DNA of 62,546 bases, counting the filler, from Stramenopiles sp. TOSAG23-6 (Eukaryota), in assembly GCA_900128565.1 (NCBI GenBank). It is 6 parts of 6 records of this genome, joined end to end, with 100 filler letters (N's around TTAATTAATTAA, not from the genome) between each part and the next. Parts side by side here need not be neighbours in the genome. Positions count along the whole stretch, not along the records: positions 24,465 to 36,592 come from LT636217.1; positions 36,693 to 48,817 come from LT636218.1; 4 more parts are not named here. One strand, given 5' to 3'. The notes under the pieces are model-generated. The model was given only the letters and a program-made list of their open reading frames with translations. It made no database searches and was not told the origin of the DNA. The position numbers were made by a program, and so were the translations under genes. Of the stretch, positions 26,799 through 37,160 are shown piece after piece. Within the stretch, counting starts at the first letter, position 1; each line of letters opens with the position of its first letter.

Positions 26799-27242
26799 AT
26801 GACTGATGGTTATAATGATTATGATGATTATGATGATGATGCTGATGATGAAAATATTGAAATTGTTGAAAATATTGAAAATCATCATATGATTGATGTA
26901 TTGAATGATAATGATGATATTGAAAAAAATTCCAACCCTAACCCTAGTACTGTTGAACATTTTGATGATATGACACATTTTTCTCAACTTAAAATACGCA
27001 CAAGAGATGAAATAGATGAAGAGCAGAATTTACGTATTTTGAATAATAATAAAAACAATACAAGGAAAAACATAAATGATTCTGAACGACACGAAATCAA
27101 TGATTCTACTACCCCTAACCCTAGACAAAAAAAAAGACAATCCAAAAAACAAAATTTGTGGGTGAGTGTGATTAATACAAACACGAATTCACTGGCTTTC
27201 TATTGGAACCAGGTAACGGGTGAATGTACATATGAAGTGTAA
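26799..27242 (+). CDS. Acidic low-complexity ORF with a C-terminal WW-like domain (mirrored at 25951-26394)
   Basis: LWVSVINTNTNSLAFYWNQVTGECTYEV*. Confidence 0.55.
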   Translation: MTDGYNDYDDYDDDADDENIEIVENIENHHMIDVLNDNDDIEKNSNPNPSTVEHFDDMTHFSQLKIRTRDEIDEEQNLRILNNNKNNTRKNINDSERHEINDSTTPNPRQKKRQSKKQNLWVSVINTNTNSLAFYWNQVTGECTYEV

Positions 27243-28069
27243 TAATTATTTTTTGAGTAAAAATGTTTTACAATTTTGATTTTAAAATGTCTTTATTTAT
27301 ATTAAAATCTATTCCCTCCTAGGCGTACACCCGGTACTGATTTAAAATATACGGTATTATAGAAATCGTATCCAATATAGAAATCGAATAACCATTATTA
27401 GTATTATTATCATCAAAATACGTATCATATATACATATAGATACGACATCTTGTTCTATATAATAAGTAGCTATATTTAGTTGGTACATACCTGATGTAC
27501 ATTTTTTGAATAAAATCATATATATGATTTACAAGATCATTTGTTGAAAGCCTGGTTCAACTAGCTGGTCAACTAGCTGTAATTTGAAAAGAATGAAAAA
27601 TGAGAAATTATCCCAAATTAGTTTTATTATGAAGCAATAAACAACTGTAATTTGAAAAGAATGAAAAATGAGATACGTTTTTCAAGATATAATACTAATG
27701 GTTTTTATTTGTCGTTTTTCAACTTTCGAAAGTATACACGAAATCCGCAATTTTAAAACCAAATCCATGGAGTGTTGTTGCTTGTGTTTGGTGTTTAGGG
27801 TTAGGGTTAGAAAGTCGTAGTCAAGGAATCAAGTGCGAATCAAGTACTCTCACTATCATTGACTACACCTCGCACACTACGTATACTAAAAAAAAACAGA
27901 GTATAATAATAATAACAATAGTGTTTTTCAGTGATTGACTTGCTCAAATATAAATAAAGTATTGAATATATATCCAAGCGTTGTGATACGGTATAGATTA
28001 GCTTGGCAAATCGTTCATCGAACAGTGTTCAACACTACGTACACTCTTTAGAGTACAATTTCAACCACC

Positions 28070-30109
28070 ATGTCTACAAAACGAAAAAACGTTGGCTTGA
28101 CTGATTCAAAAACCTTAAAAAAAGCATGTACACTTTCATCTACACATGTGAGTTCTACACTTACATCAAATATAAATGTAAGTACACAAAAAGTAGGATG
28201 GCATAGATATACAAAGGGAAAAGAACTGGGAAAAGGAACATTTGGGACGGTTTATTTGGCAACAGATAATGAACATTCTGGAACTCAAGTAGCTGTAAAG
28301 AAAATGCGTATGGAAAATACAGCTGAAGGTGTAGGCGTAGTAACACTTCGTGAAATCAAATTACTAAAGGAATTTCAATTACTACCACACCCCAATATAA
28401 TATCACTACTAGATATTTTTTCACACAAAGAGAGACTCCATTTAGTGTTTGAATTGTGTATGATTTCATCATGAATTTCAAATTTATTTATTTTTTTTGG
28501 TTTCATACGAAATTTTGTACCTAAGAATTTTAGTTGTCACAAAATTTTAAATGTTTTACATTATTTGTTTCACTATACAGGTCTGTCCGATTTAGAAGTC
28601 ATTATCCAAGATTCAAAAAGTAGGTTTTATTTTTTTTTTTAACAAAAAAATCGAATTTTTTTTTATAGTAAATTTTGTACCTAACAAATTTTTTAGAATT
28701 TTTTTTGAAATATTTTTTCAAAATACATCACCACTTTCACCAAGTGATACAAAAACATATATGCTTCATATTCTACGGTCAGTCTCACATTGTCATAATA
28801 ATTGGATTATGCATGTATGTTTTTTTTTTTTTTTTTTTAAATTTTTTTTTGTATGAATTTTTTTTTCGTACGAAATTTTGTACCTAACAAATTTTCAAAA
28901 TTTTTTTTTTTGAAATATTTTTCCGAAATACATCGAGATTTAAAACCAAATAATTTTTTTCTTGGTGTTGACCATCAACTAAAGTTGGGTGATTTTGGTG
29001 CAGCCAAGGAATATGTATGTACTCATAATGAACACACACGAAATATTTTGAATAAAGATTATTTTTGTGTGAAATTTGTGAAATTTTTGAAATTTTTGAA
29101 ATTTGAAAAAAAAAAAAAAAAAAAAAAAATTTTGACCAATTTTTAATCTGTACATAAATTTCACAATACATGCATCTCCTGAACGACAATATCATAATGT
29201 AATGGTGACTATATGGTATCGTCCTCCTGAATTACTGTTTGGTTCAAGAAATTATGGTGTTGGTGTTGACATGTGGTCTATTGGTTGCATTTTTGCTGAA
29301 TTATTACTGAAAAAACCTTTTTTAGCAGGTCAAAATGTTTGTTTTTTTTCTCAATTTTTTTTTTTTCGTAGGTAATTTTGTACCTAACAAATTTTCAAAA
29401 TTTTTTTTTTTGAATTTTTGTTCAAAATATTTATATTTATTATGAACCTTTTCAAAGTTTTTTTTNTTTTATTTTTTTTTGGTATGAAATTTTGTACCTA
29501 ACAAAACCCAATATATAGACAAAAAAAAATATTTTTTTACAAAAAATGAATTAGATCAACTAGGAAAAATGTATGTTTTTTTTTTTTTCAAATTCAAAGT
29601 TTTTTTTCGTACGAAATTTTGTACCTAACAAAAAAAAATTTCAAATATTTTTCCAAAATACATATTTCATTATTTAGGAACACCAACTGAAGCCATTTGG
29701 CCCGGTATGACGTCATTACCATCATATATTGGTTTTACACCATGCAAAGCACCACCACTAAAATCATTATTTATTGGAGCATCCAGCGCAGCTGTTGATC
29801 TTATATCTAAATTACTCATGTACGCTTTCATCGTTTTTAATTTTTTTTTTTTTTTTTAAATTTTTTTTTTTTTCAATTTTTTTTTTCAATTTTTTTAATT
29901 TTTTTTTTTTTTTTTTTCATACGAAATTTTGTACCTAACAAAAAAATAAAAAAAAAATTTCAAATATTTTTTTTCAACATAGTTATGATCCTTCGAAGCG
30001 TATTTCTGCTAAAGAGGCGTTACGTCATAAATATTTCACAGAAGGTGTTCAACCAACACAACCAAAAAACTTAGCAGCAGCAGTGAAATTATCATCTAAA
30101 AGGAAATAA
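28070..30109 (+). CDS. CDK7: Cyclin-dependent kinase 7 (CAK/CDKD)-like; exons 28070-28457, 28581-28619, 28729-28814, 28934-29014, 29172-29336, 29548-29570, 29664-29819, 29983-30109
   Basis: Spliced product [85 protein letters not shown]. Confidence 0.9.
28458..28580 (+). mobile_element. Introner-like intron, GT...AG
   Basis: Family core; joins FEL-C-LSDL. Confidence 0.9.
28620..28728 (+). mobile_element. Introner-like intron, GT...AT
   Basis: AA|GTAGGT...AAAATACAT|CA joins DSK-T-PLSPSD. Confidence 0.88.
28815..28933 (+). mobile_element. Introner-like intron, GT...AT, inside the catalytic HRD motif
   Basis: CAT|GTATGT...AAATACAT|CGAGAT gives H-RDLKP. Confidence 0.92.
29015..29171 (+). mobile_element. 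Intron GT...AT with a degenerate family core
   Basis: TAT|GTATGT...CACAATACAT|GCA gives KEY-ASPER. Confidence 0.85.
29337..29547 (+). mobile_element. Introner-like intron, GT...AT, with two core copies
   Basis: Joins AGQN-ELDQL. Confidence 0.85.
29571..29663 (+). mobile_element. Introner-like intron, GT...AT
   Basis: Joins [10 protein letters not shown]. Confidence 0.9.
29820..29982 (+). mobile_element. Introner-like intron, GT...AG
   Basis: Joins KLL-I-YDPSKR. Confidence 0.85.
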
Positions 30110-30451
30110 GAGAGATTTTAATTAGACAATAATTTGTAGGTATGAAAAATAAAAAATCTTAAGATTTCGTGTTTTTTTCGGGGTTTTCTTCGGAGATTTT
30201 TTTTCAAAATTCAAAAATATTCAAAAAAATTCAAAAATATTCAAAAACAACAACACATATAGCAGCACAGCAGCAGCACTGAAGGCAAGGGAGGCTCCAC
30301 CTTTTCTATTTCTGTGTAATAAACACTAGCTCTACAACATTTACGTACATAGATATGATATACTAACTAAGTGTATCAAGTATATTTGTGATATTTTGTC
30401 TTTGTAACATAACAAAACCTCCGAAAAACTCGTGAGTAGTAAATTTAAATT

Positions 30452-30490
<39 letters not shown>

Positions 30491-30581
30491 ACCAACAACA
30501 ATACCAACAACACTATTTAAACACACTATTTAAACAAACAAACAAACAAACAGACACAAAAACAAACACGAAATCAAAGCG

Positions 30582-30833
30582 ATGGTGTATACTACTATTA
30601 TTTTCTTGTGTTTGTTTTCCGTTCTATCGGTTCTATCGTCAATGGCTGAAGTTATTGAAGCTTTTGAAGCTATTGAACCTATTTCTATATCAAATGCTCG
30701 AGGTGGTCTCTACACCATTCGTTCTGTTCCAATAGATGTTACAAGTCTTACAAGGAGTAGTAGTAGTATAGGAATGAATAAGAAGAAGAGTAATACAAAA
30801 CATTCAATGTTTGTTTTTTTTTCATCATACATT

Positions 30834-30865
<32 letters not shown>

Positions 30866-32118
30866 GTAAAAAAATTTTGTTTTTTTTTTTTTTTTTAAAC
30901 ATTTTAAATTTTTTTTTTTTTTTTTTTTTTTTTTGGTAAAAACATTTCGATTTTTTTTTTCTTTGTGTCATAAAAAAATTTTAATCCAACATTTTTGTAA
31001 AAAAAAGAAATATTTCAGTACAAAATAGGGTTCATAAAAATCTAATACGGTTCAAACAAAAAGATTTTGATACAATTGTTGAAAATCCTATAACAAATCC
31101 TATAACAACAATTGTATCTACACAATATCAAAATGTTCAAAATGTAAAACAATTTAAACAATTGGATAGTATAAGTAATGATAAATTTGTCGTTGGTACG
31201 GATCATGACATTTCAAATCGTGTTTCTTTACTTGAAACGAATATGTATGTTTTTATTTTTATTTTATTTTTTACAAAAAAATTGAATTTTTTTTTTCGTA
31301 CGAAATTTTGTACCTAACGATTTTTTTTTTTTTTTTTTACAAAAAAATCGAATTTTTTTTTTTATAAAAATTTTGTACCTAACAAAATTTTAGGTTTTTT
31401 TTGAAATATTTTTCCAAAATAAATTGTTCAACACAGACAAATAATTGATACTATAACTACAAAGCTTCTGAAAATTATGAATATAAAAGATTCTTATGAA
31501 CTCAAAGCAATGTATAATTGTGTATTATATGAAGAGTTTTGTAATAATGTGGAAGAAAAAATTGAATTTATTTTGACAACTTTTGAAAAACAACAAAAAC
31601 ATATGAAATATAATGTAGAAAAAGAAGCAAAAAAAATATCAAATGAAACTTTCAAATTAAACATGAAAGATTTTGATGATGATATTATTGATGATGATGA
31701 TGTTGTTGATGATGATGATGATGATGATGTTGTTGATGATATTGTTGATGATATTGTTGATGATATTATTAATGATGTTGTTGTTGATGATATTATTGAT
31801 GATGATGATATTGTTGATGATGATGATGATGATGATATTATTGATGATATTATTGATGATGATGATAATGATGATGATGATAATAATAATAAAAATGAAA
31901 AAAAAAAGTTTCAAAGAGGAAATTTTTTTGATTTTAGTGATGGATTTGCAAAAAAAAAAAAAAAAAAAGATCATTGGAACAATCATGAATCAGTATTTGA
32001 TGAAAATGTTTTTGGTGAATTTGGATCACAAAACATAAAGACAGTGTTTGATGAAGATGTCTTTGGTGAATTTGGTCAATCTAACTCTAGTACGAAATTG
32101 AATTCACAATATTTATAA
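30582..32118 (+). CDS. Putative secreted protein with an Asp-rich tract; exons 30582-30808, 31029-31244, 31425-32118
   Basis: Hydrophobic N-terminus. The frame is continuous after removing introns 30809-31028 (GT-AG) and 31245-31424 (GT-AT). Confidence 0.65.
31245..31424 (+). mobile_element. Introner-like intron, GT...AT, with two core copies
   Basis: Two GTACCTAAC motifs; ends CCAAAATAAAT. Confidence 0.8.
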
Positions 32119-32314
32119 CAAAAATTTTGACACTCAAAAAAAAAGTCATATAATGAAAACACAATCTTTATTCACAATATTGTACATTTGATATAATAAA
32201 AAAAAACATTTCAAAAAAGGTATTTTTTTATTTTTTTTAAACGAAATTTTTTTTTTCATAGTAAATTTCGTACCAAAGAAATTGTACAAAAAAAAAATTG
32301 AAAAAAAAAAAAAT

Positions 32315-32735
32315 TTAAATCGCACGGCCAGCATGACAAGGACAACACCAACAACCCCAATTAGGATCAGGACAATGAGGACCTTGTTGGAGTATTTTTT
32401 CATTTTTGACTCGTTGAATTTCATTTGGGTTAAGTGCAAAGACAAAAATCGATAAAGATCCATCATATAAAATAGAAAAATATTTTTTTTTTTTAGAATT
32501 TGTTAGGTACTATGAATATAAAGTGTAAAAAAAAAAATTAATTTTCGAAAAAAAAAATTTCAAAAAAATTTCAAAAAAATTTGAAAATAAAACAAACATT
32601 CCATTGATGGCCTCCATTTCTCATTTGTTTAAAACTAAATCCCTTCACAAAAATTCCTTTTGGTTGTAAATACTCATTAAATTCACGAAACCAATCATGT
32701 AAAGCAAGCTGAAGAGGATCACATTTTGACCATGG
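32315..32735 (-). CDS. Last two exons (32735-32598, 32464-32315) of an unknown protein with a Cys-rich tail (WGCWCCPCH)
   Basis: Open frame across GT-AT intron 32465-32597. Confidence 0.55.
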
Positions 32736-32838
32736 ATTGTATTTTAGAAAAATATTTCAAAAAAAAAAAATTAAAAATTGTTAGGTACAAAATTTCGTAC
32801 GAAAAAAAAATCGAATTTGAAAAAAAATATTTACATAC
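32736..32838 (-). mobile_element. Introner-like intron, GT...AT/AA
   Basis: GTATGT...TTCGTACGAAATTTTGTACCTAAC...AAAATACAAT. Confidence 0.8.
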
Positions 32839-33120
32839 GTATTCACCCCAACCTCCAACACCATCAGCCACGCCGATAACACGACCACAAGATGACATCA
32901 GATAAGAATCTTCCGACTTCCCTTTTTTTGATGGATGTGCTAAATTTATCGCACTTGCCTTGAGTATAGAAGGGGTGCGTTGCATTTTTATAGTACTGAA
33001 ATTTTTCGTTTTACATAATGAACTAAAGGATCTTAAATATATGGGTGAAAATGAGAAATTAGGCTTCAACCCACGTGAAGTATATCTAGAAAAAAAGGCA
33101 GAGTATTGTATCCGAGACAT
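32839..33120 (-). CDS. PTC7-type PP2C phosphatase, first exon only, with a mitochondrial-like presequence
   Basis: HPSKKGKSEDSY...VIGVADGVGGW. Confidence 0.75.
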
Positions 33121-33579
33121 TCCCAGTATCGCAACTATTTAGAGCTGTAAAATATTGATCAACGATTGTATTGATCAATTGGTGTTCAATCAATATTGGA
33201 CACACAATATTTCAAGAGAGAAAGATACGTATAGTACAATTTTTGAAATTGTACGTTTGTGTTTACGTCATTCCCGCGCCAAATCCTAAAATTTTGCTCC
33301 TGCAAAAAAATACACGAAATATTCACGAAGAATTTGCTGAATAACACGTGTCACGAAGAATGCATGTGATCGATTCTAATCATTCTATCATTCTATCGAT
33401 TCTGATCATTCTGATCTATCACAACAATCGAATCGAACGTACAAGTAAGTCGACGACACAAACACACAACAAGTTCAACAACTGTATTTTTTTCGCTGGC
33501 TAATTCTTTGTTACATTTACCTTGGTTGCTCTTCTATCTGAGAAATCTTCATTATTCGTTTATACAATAGTTCTTAGCA

Positions 33580-33960
33580 ATGGGTAAAGGTGGTATCGAT
33601 TACAAGGGTCAAGAACTAGCTGAAAACTTGCACCAAATTCTGGTTATCTCATTTTCAGCTGTTGGTTTTTGTATTGGTTGGTATAAACAAAGTTTCCGAC
33701 ACACATTTATTGGATGGCTTATTGGTTCTGTTTTAGCTTGCATTTTTTGTATACCTGATTGGGGTTTCTACAATAGAAATCCAGTCAAGTGGTTACTGAC
33801 TGTTCCCCCAATTCCAAAGAAACGGGGCAGTGAAACAGCGTCATCGAATATTGGTATTTACGTAGGAGTTGGAATTGCTGTAGTTGCATTTTTTTTACTT
33901 GTTGTAATATTTGCTGCACGATCTGGTGCTTTTGGACCCCAATACCGATTTATAATTTAA
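33580..33960 (+). CDS. SPCS1: Signal peptidase complex subunit SPC12/SPCS1
   Basis: IDYKGQELAE...IPDWGFYNRNPVKWL. Confidence 0.9.
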   Translation: MGKGGIDYKGQELAENLHQILVISFSAVGFCIGWYKQSFRHTFIGWLIGSVLACIFCIPDWGFYNRNPVKWLLTVPPIPKKRGSETASSNIGIYVGVGIAVVAFFLLVVIFAARSGAFGPQYRFII

Positions 33961-34020
33961 AAAATAAATCTATTTTTGTTCATAATATAATTTAATTGAT
34001 TTTGGAAAACTTTTAAAAAT

Positions 34021-36552
34021 TCAACAGAAAGGACGACGCCGACGAGATCGACAGTCTTTGCACGTTTTTGGTTCAAACCAGCCTTTTGATGCATATTTAA
34101 CTTGATCCACACTCGACCAAATGAAAATTCTATTGCATACTCTGCACATTAACTCTTTTTCCGGGTGTAATTGATTAAACATCCACTCGTGATAGGTTTT
34201 GTCATGCTCTTCATTTGTATAACTATATCCCGAATATTGCCGCCTATTACTATATCTATTTGAAGTACTTTCGTTGCGCGAATGTCTCTTATTTAGTTTC
34301 TTCTCCATATCGTACTCTAATCTTGTACTAGCACACTTAAGGCACTCATATGCAGACTGAATCAACTGAAATGCTTCAGCTGATCTCGGTAACCGATTTT
34401 TGTCTGGATGCAATAACAACGCAAGCTTTCGGAATGTCAACTTTATTTTTGATTGTTGAGCATCATCTGGAATCCCAAGAACCTCATAATGACATCTAGC
34501 AAATTTCTTAACATCAGAATTACGCGAATTTATTTGCCTCTGTGGCAATGAAAGTATTCTATCTAAATGTTCCATTTGTATTTTTTGTCGTCCGGTTTTT
34601 GTAGAGACATTCTTCTTGTAGTTTTGTCCTTTATCTGGAGAGATTGGTTTCGATGTCGTTTTGTTTCTCTGTCGAGCCTCCTTCAGCTTTCTTTCTTCTG
34701 CCCTTTTCATCGCATACGCTGCTGAAGCTGCAGAGGCTGCCATATTTTGTGCAGCTTTTCGAGCTCTATGTGCAGCAGCTGCTTCTCTTGCTTCTTGTTC
34801 TCTCCGCTCTCGTTCGCGTTTTTTCTTCAAAGCGGCAGCTTTTTCCAGTGCAATTCTTGTACGTCTTCGCATTCTTTCTTGCATTCTTTCATTGAGCTTT
34901 TGCTCTTCAATTTCTGCTTGACGAATTGCAGCTTCTGTAGCTTCCTTCATCTGCCTTATTTTCTCATCATCATCATCTTTACCTTCATTTGATTTCTTTT
35001 CTTTCATCCGACTTCGAAAAATCTTTGCAACATTTTTATACTTTCGCCTGGAAGAAATTGAACTAGCTTTAGCATTTCGTGTCTCTTTACAAGCCTTCAT
35101 AAACTTATTTGATCTGCCGAAAGTAAATGTTTTTTTTTTATCTTTCACTTTATTTTCTTCTTCTTCGGTATTTTCTTTCCGAATAAACATTCCTTCAAAA
35201 GATTTTGTAAATTGATCTACATTACTCATATTTATATTTTTTCTACTTTTTGTACATTTTTGCCTATTTTTGGTCTTCCTATTTCGTGTTGTACTTTTTG
35301 GACTTTTTTTGTTCCGTTTCTTTTGACCAACGGAAAAAACTGGTTTTGTATCACTATATGTAGGATTTTGAAAAAACGTATTTTCCTGATGAAATACAAA
35401 AGGTTCTGTATTTTCTTGTTTTTTTTTATACAAGTTTTTGTACTTAAATGTTTTAGTTGATACATTCTTGAAGTGTTCATATTTATCTGTGTCACTAAAT
35501 ACAAAAGGATTATCTGGATTTTGTTCCACTTCATTCGCATTTGAAAAATACACTGGAGATGTATACATCGGAGATTTTCTATTTCTAATTTTACTATTAT
35601 TATTCATTTTCTTCTTACTCTTTTTTGTACCTTTTCTATTCGGCATCTTTTTTCCTATTGAAAATCCAAATGATGAATCTTTAAATATATTGTCTTGAAT
35701 ATCATTTTCTGTATGCGATGTTGTAGAATTCATATATTTAGGAGACTTTGGTGTAAAACGTGTAGACTCTGTTCTGGTTGAAGTTTCACTACATTTCGCT
35801 TTTTCTATATGATTTACTTCTTCTTCATCATCAGAGCTACCTGAGTAGTAATTAAATATCCTCACAAATGGATGTTCGTCTTCAGTATTATGATTAACAG
35901 ATGTGTATTCGTCTTCAGTATTATTATTAACAAATGGATGTTCGTCTTCAGTATTATAATCCATTCCAGATGAGACAGACATGGCATCTTCCCAGTGTTC
36001 CTTTTGACTATTTTCAATACTAGCAGAATTATTTTGGGATTCTTCTGAACTTTNNNNNNNNNNNNNNNNNNNNNNNNNNNNNNNNNNNNNNNNNNNNNNN
36101 NNNNNNNNNNNNNNNNNNNNNNNNNNNNNNNNNNNNNNNNNNNNNNNNNNNNNNNNNNNNNNNNNNNNNNNNNNNNNNNNNNNNNNNNNNNNNNNNNNNN
36201 NNNNNNNNNNNNNNNNNNNNNNNNNNNNNNNNNNNNNNNNNNNNNNNNNAAAACTATCTGGTCCAGCAAAAGATGCATTTACTTCTGTTGAGGTTTCTTT
36301 TAAGAAAGTACTACTAGGAGCTAGCTTAGAGGGTTGTTTGTGGCAACTCTGAAACATTGGTGTAGTCGTGTCACTGGAAAATACAGGTGTCACCATTTCC
36401 GAGCTTTTACACGGCATTTGAGAGGAATTATCAGTACGAAAATTTTTCATATTACTTTGCGGGTCAATAGAGTCTTCACTTTCGAAACTATTGAAGCTAT
36501 CGCCCCGAGGACGGGGTAACGGTGTAAACCTTGCAATTAAAGGGATTGGCAT
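34021..36552 (-). CDS. DnaJ-domain protein with a C-terminal CxxC...CxxC zinc ribbon (spans N gap 36054-36249)
   Basis: HYEVLGI...FRKLALLLHPDKN and LMCRVCNRIF...KGWFEPKTCKDCR. Confidence 0.8.
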   Translation of the reverse strand: MPIPLIARFTPLPRPRGDSFNSFESEDSIDPQSNMKNFRTDNSSQMPCKSSEMVTPVFSSDTTTPMFQSCHKQPSKLAPSSTFLKETSTEVNASFAGPDSFXXXXXXXXXXXXXXXXXXXXXXXXXXXXXXXXXXXXXXXXXXXXXXXXXXXXXXXXXXXXXXXXXXSSEESQNNSASIENSQKEHWEDAMSVSSGMDYNTEDEHPFVNNNTEDEYTSVNHNTEDEHPFVRIFNYYSGSSDDEEEVNHIEKAKCSETSTRTESTRFTPKSPKYMNSTTSHTENDIQDNIFKDSSFGFSIGKKMPNRKGTKKSKKKMNNNSKIRNRKSPMYTSPVYFSNANEVEQNPDNPFVFSDTDKYEHFKNVSTKTFKYKNLYKKKQENTEPFVFHQENTFFQNPTYSDTKPVFSVGQKKRNKKSPKSTTRNRKTKNRQKCTKSRKNINMSNVDQFTKSFEGMFIRKENTEEEENKVKDKKKTFTFGRSNKFMKACKETRNAKASSISSRRKYKNVAKIFRSRMKEKKSNEGKDDDDEKIRQMKEATEAAIRQAEIEEQKLNERMQERMRRRTRIALEKAAALKKKRERERREQEAREAAAAHRARKAAQNMAASAASAAYAMKRAEERKLKEARQRNKTTSKPISPDKGQNYKKNVSTKTGRQKIQMEHLDRILSLPQRQINSRNSDVKKFARCHYEVLGIPDDAQQSKIKLTFRKLALLLHPDKNRLPRSAEAFQLIQSAYECLKCASTRLEYDMEKKLNKRHSRNESTSNRYSNRRQYSGYSYTNEEHDKTYHEWMFNQLHPEKELMCRVCNRIFIWSSVDQVKYASKGWFEPKTCKDCRSRRRRPFC

Positions 36553-36592
36553 AATGACGATGAAACTAAACACTGATCAAGCTATTCGACGA

Positions 36593-36692
36593 NNNNNNNN
36601 NNNNNNNNNNNNNNNNNNNNNNNNNNNNNNNNNNNNTTAATTAATTAANNNNNNNNNNNNNNNNNNNNNNNNNNNNNNNNNNNNNNNNNNNN
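36593..36692. other. Artificial contig linker
   Basis: N-TTAATTAATTAA-N. Confidence 0.97.
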
Positions 36693-36878
36693 CTGGTGAT
36701 GCAGTTGTTGGTGTTACAGTTGGTGCTGGTGATGCAGTTGTTGGTGTGGCTGTTGGTGCTCCCTACATAAAAGCATAACTCTCCAACAATCTTCAGATGC
36801 ATTTATACAATTATCTAACCGTTTTGGATGAATAAAACTTTCTGATGTAAAATTTTCTGATATAAAATTTCTGGTATA

Positions 36879-37160
36879 TCAACGTTGAACTTTGCATCCT
36901 CTATAACTATTATTCTTTACACAAAATTTCAACATTTCAGACCAACATTTCAGACCAATATTGATCATCTGCTAATGTAAATGGATTACCTACAACAATT
37001 GTTAGCAATTTTGCACGAGTTAACACAACTTGTGTTTTAGAAAAATATTTAATTTGTTTTTTGTTAGGTACAAAATTAAATACGATTTTCTTTTTTGAAA
37101 TTGAAATGATAAAATCGTACAATAAATTTACGAGGATTTCCCATTAAACCAAGTCCCATT
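36879..37160 (-). pseudogene. MOV10/UPF1-type SF1 RNA helicase C-terminal fragment
   Basis: LGLMGNPRKFI-VVLTRAKLLTIVVGNP...DQYWSEML. A 13-nt duplication shifts the frame away from KFCVKNNSYRGC. Confidence 0.7.
37030..37120 (-). mobile_element. Introner-like intron, GT...AA
   Basis: GTACGA...TTTTGTACCTAAC...AAAACACAA|GTT. Confidence 0.75.

Larger units (their letters stand above)
24465..28728. repeat. Spacerless inverted duplication, arms 2,132 bp, centre 26596/26597
   Basis: Mirror-image ORF pairs all sum to 53193 (e.g. 24719..25123 and 28070..28474). Confidence 0.95.

Noticed and set aside
28813-28931. Reading the introns as U12-type AT-AC
   Set aside because: Works only where the exon ends in AT and the intron has AC. 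It fails for many copies, and the ATATCCTT donor and TCCTTAAC branch close to the 3' end are absent. The few GTATCTTT donors are variants.
31657-32038. Poly-Ile and poly-Met ORFs
   Set aside because: Alternative frames of the GAT-rich tract.
36693-36780. Pro/Thr-rich exon fragment after a TAG acceptor at the contig edge
   Set aside because: Too short to assign to a gene.
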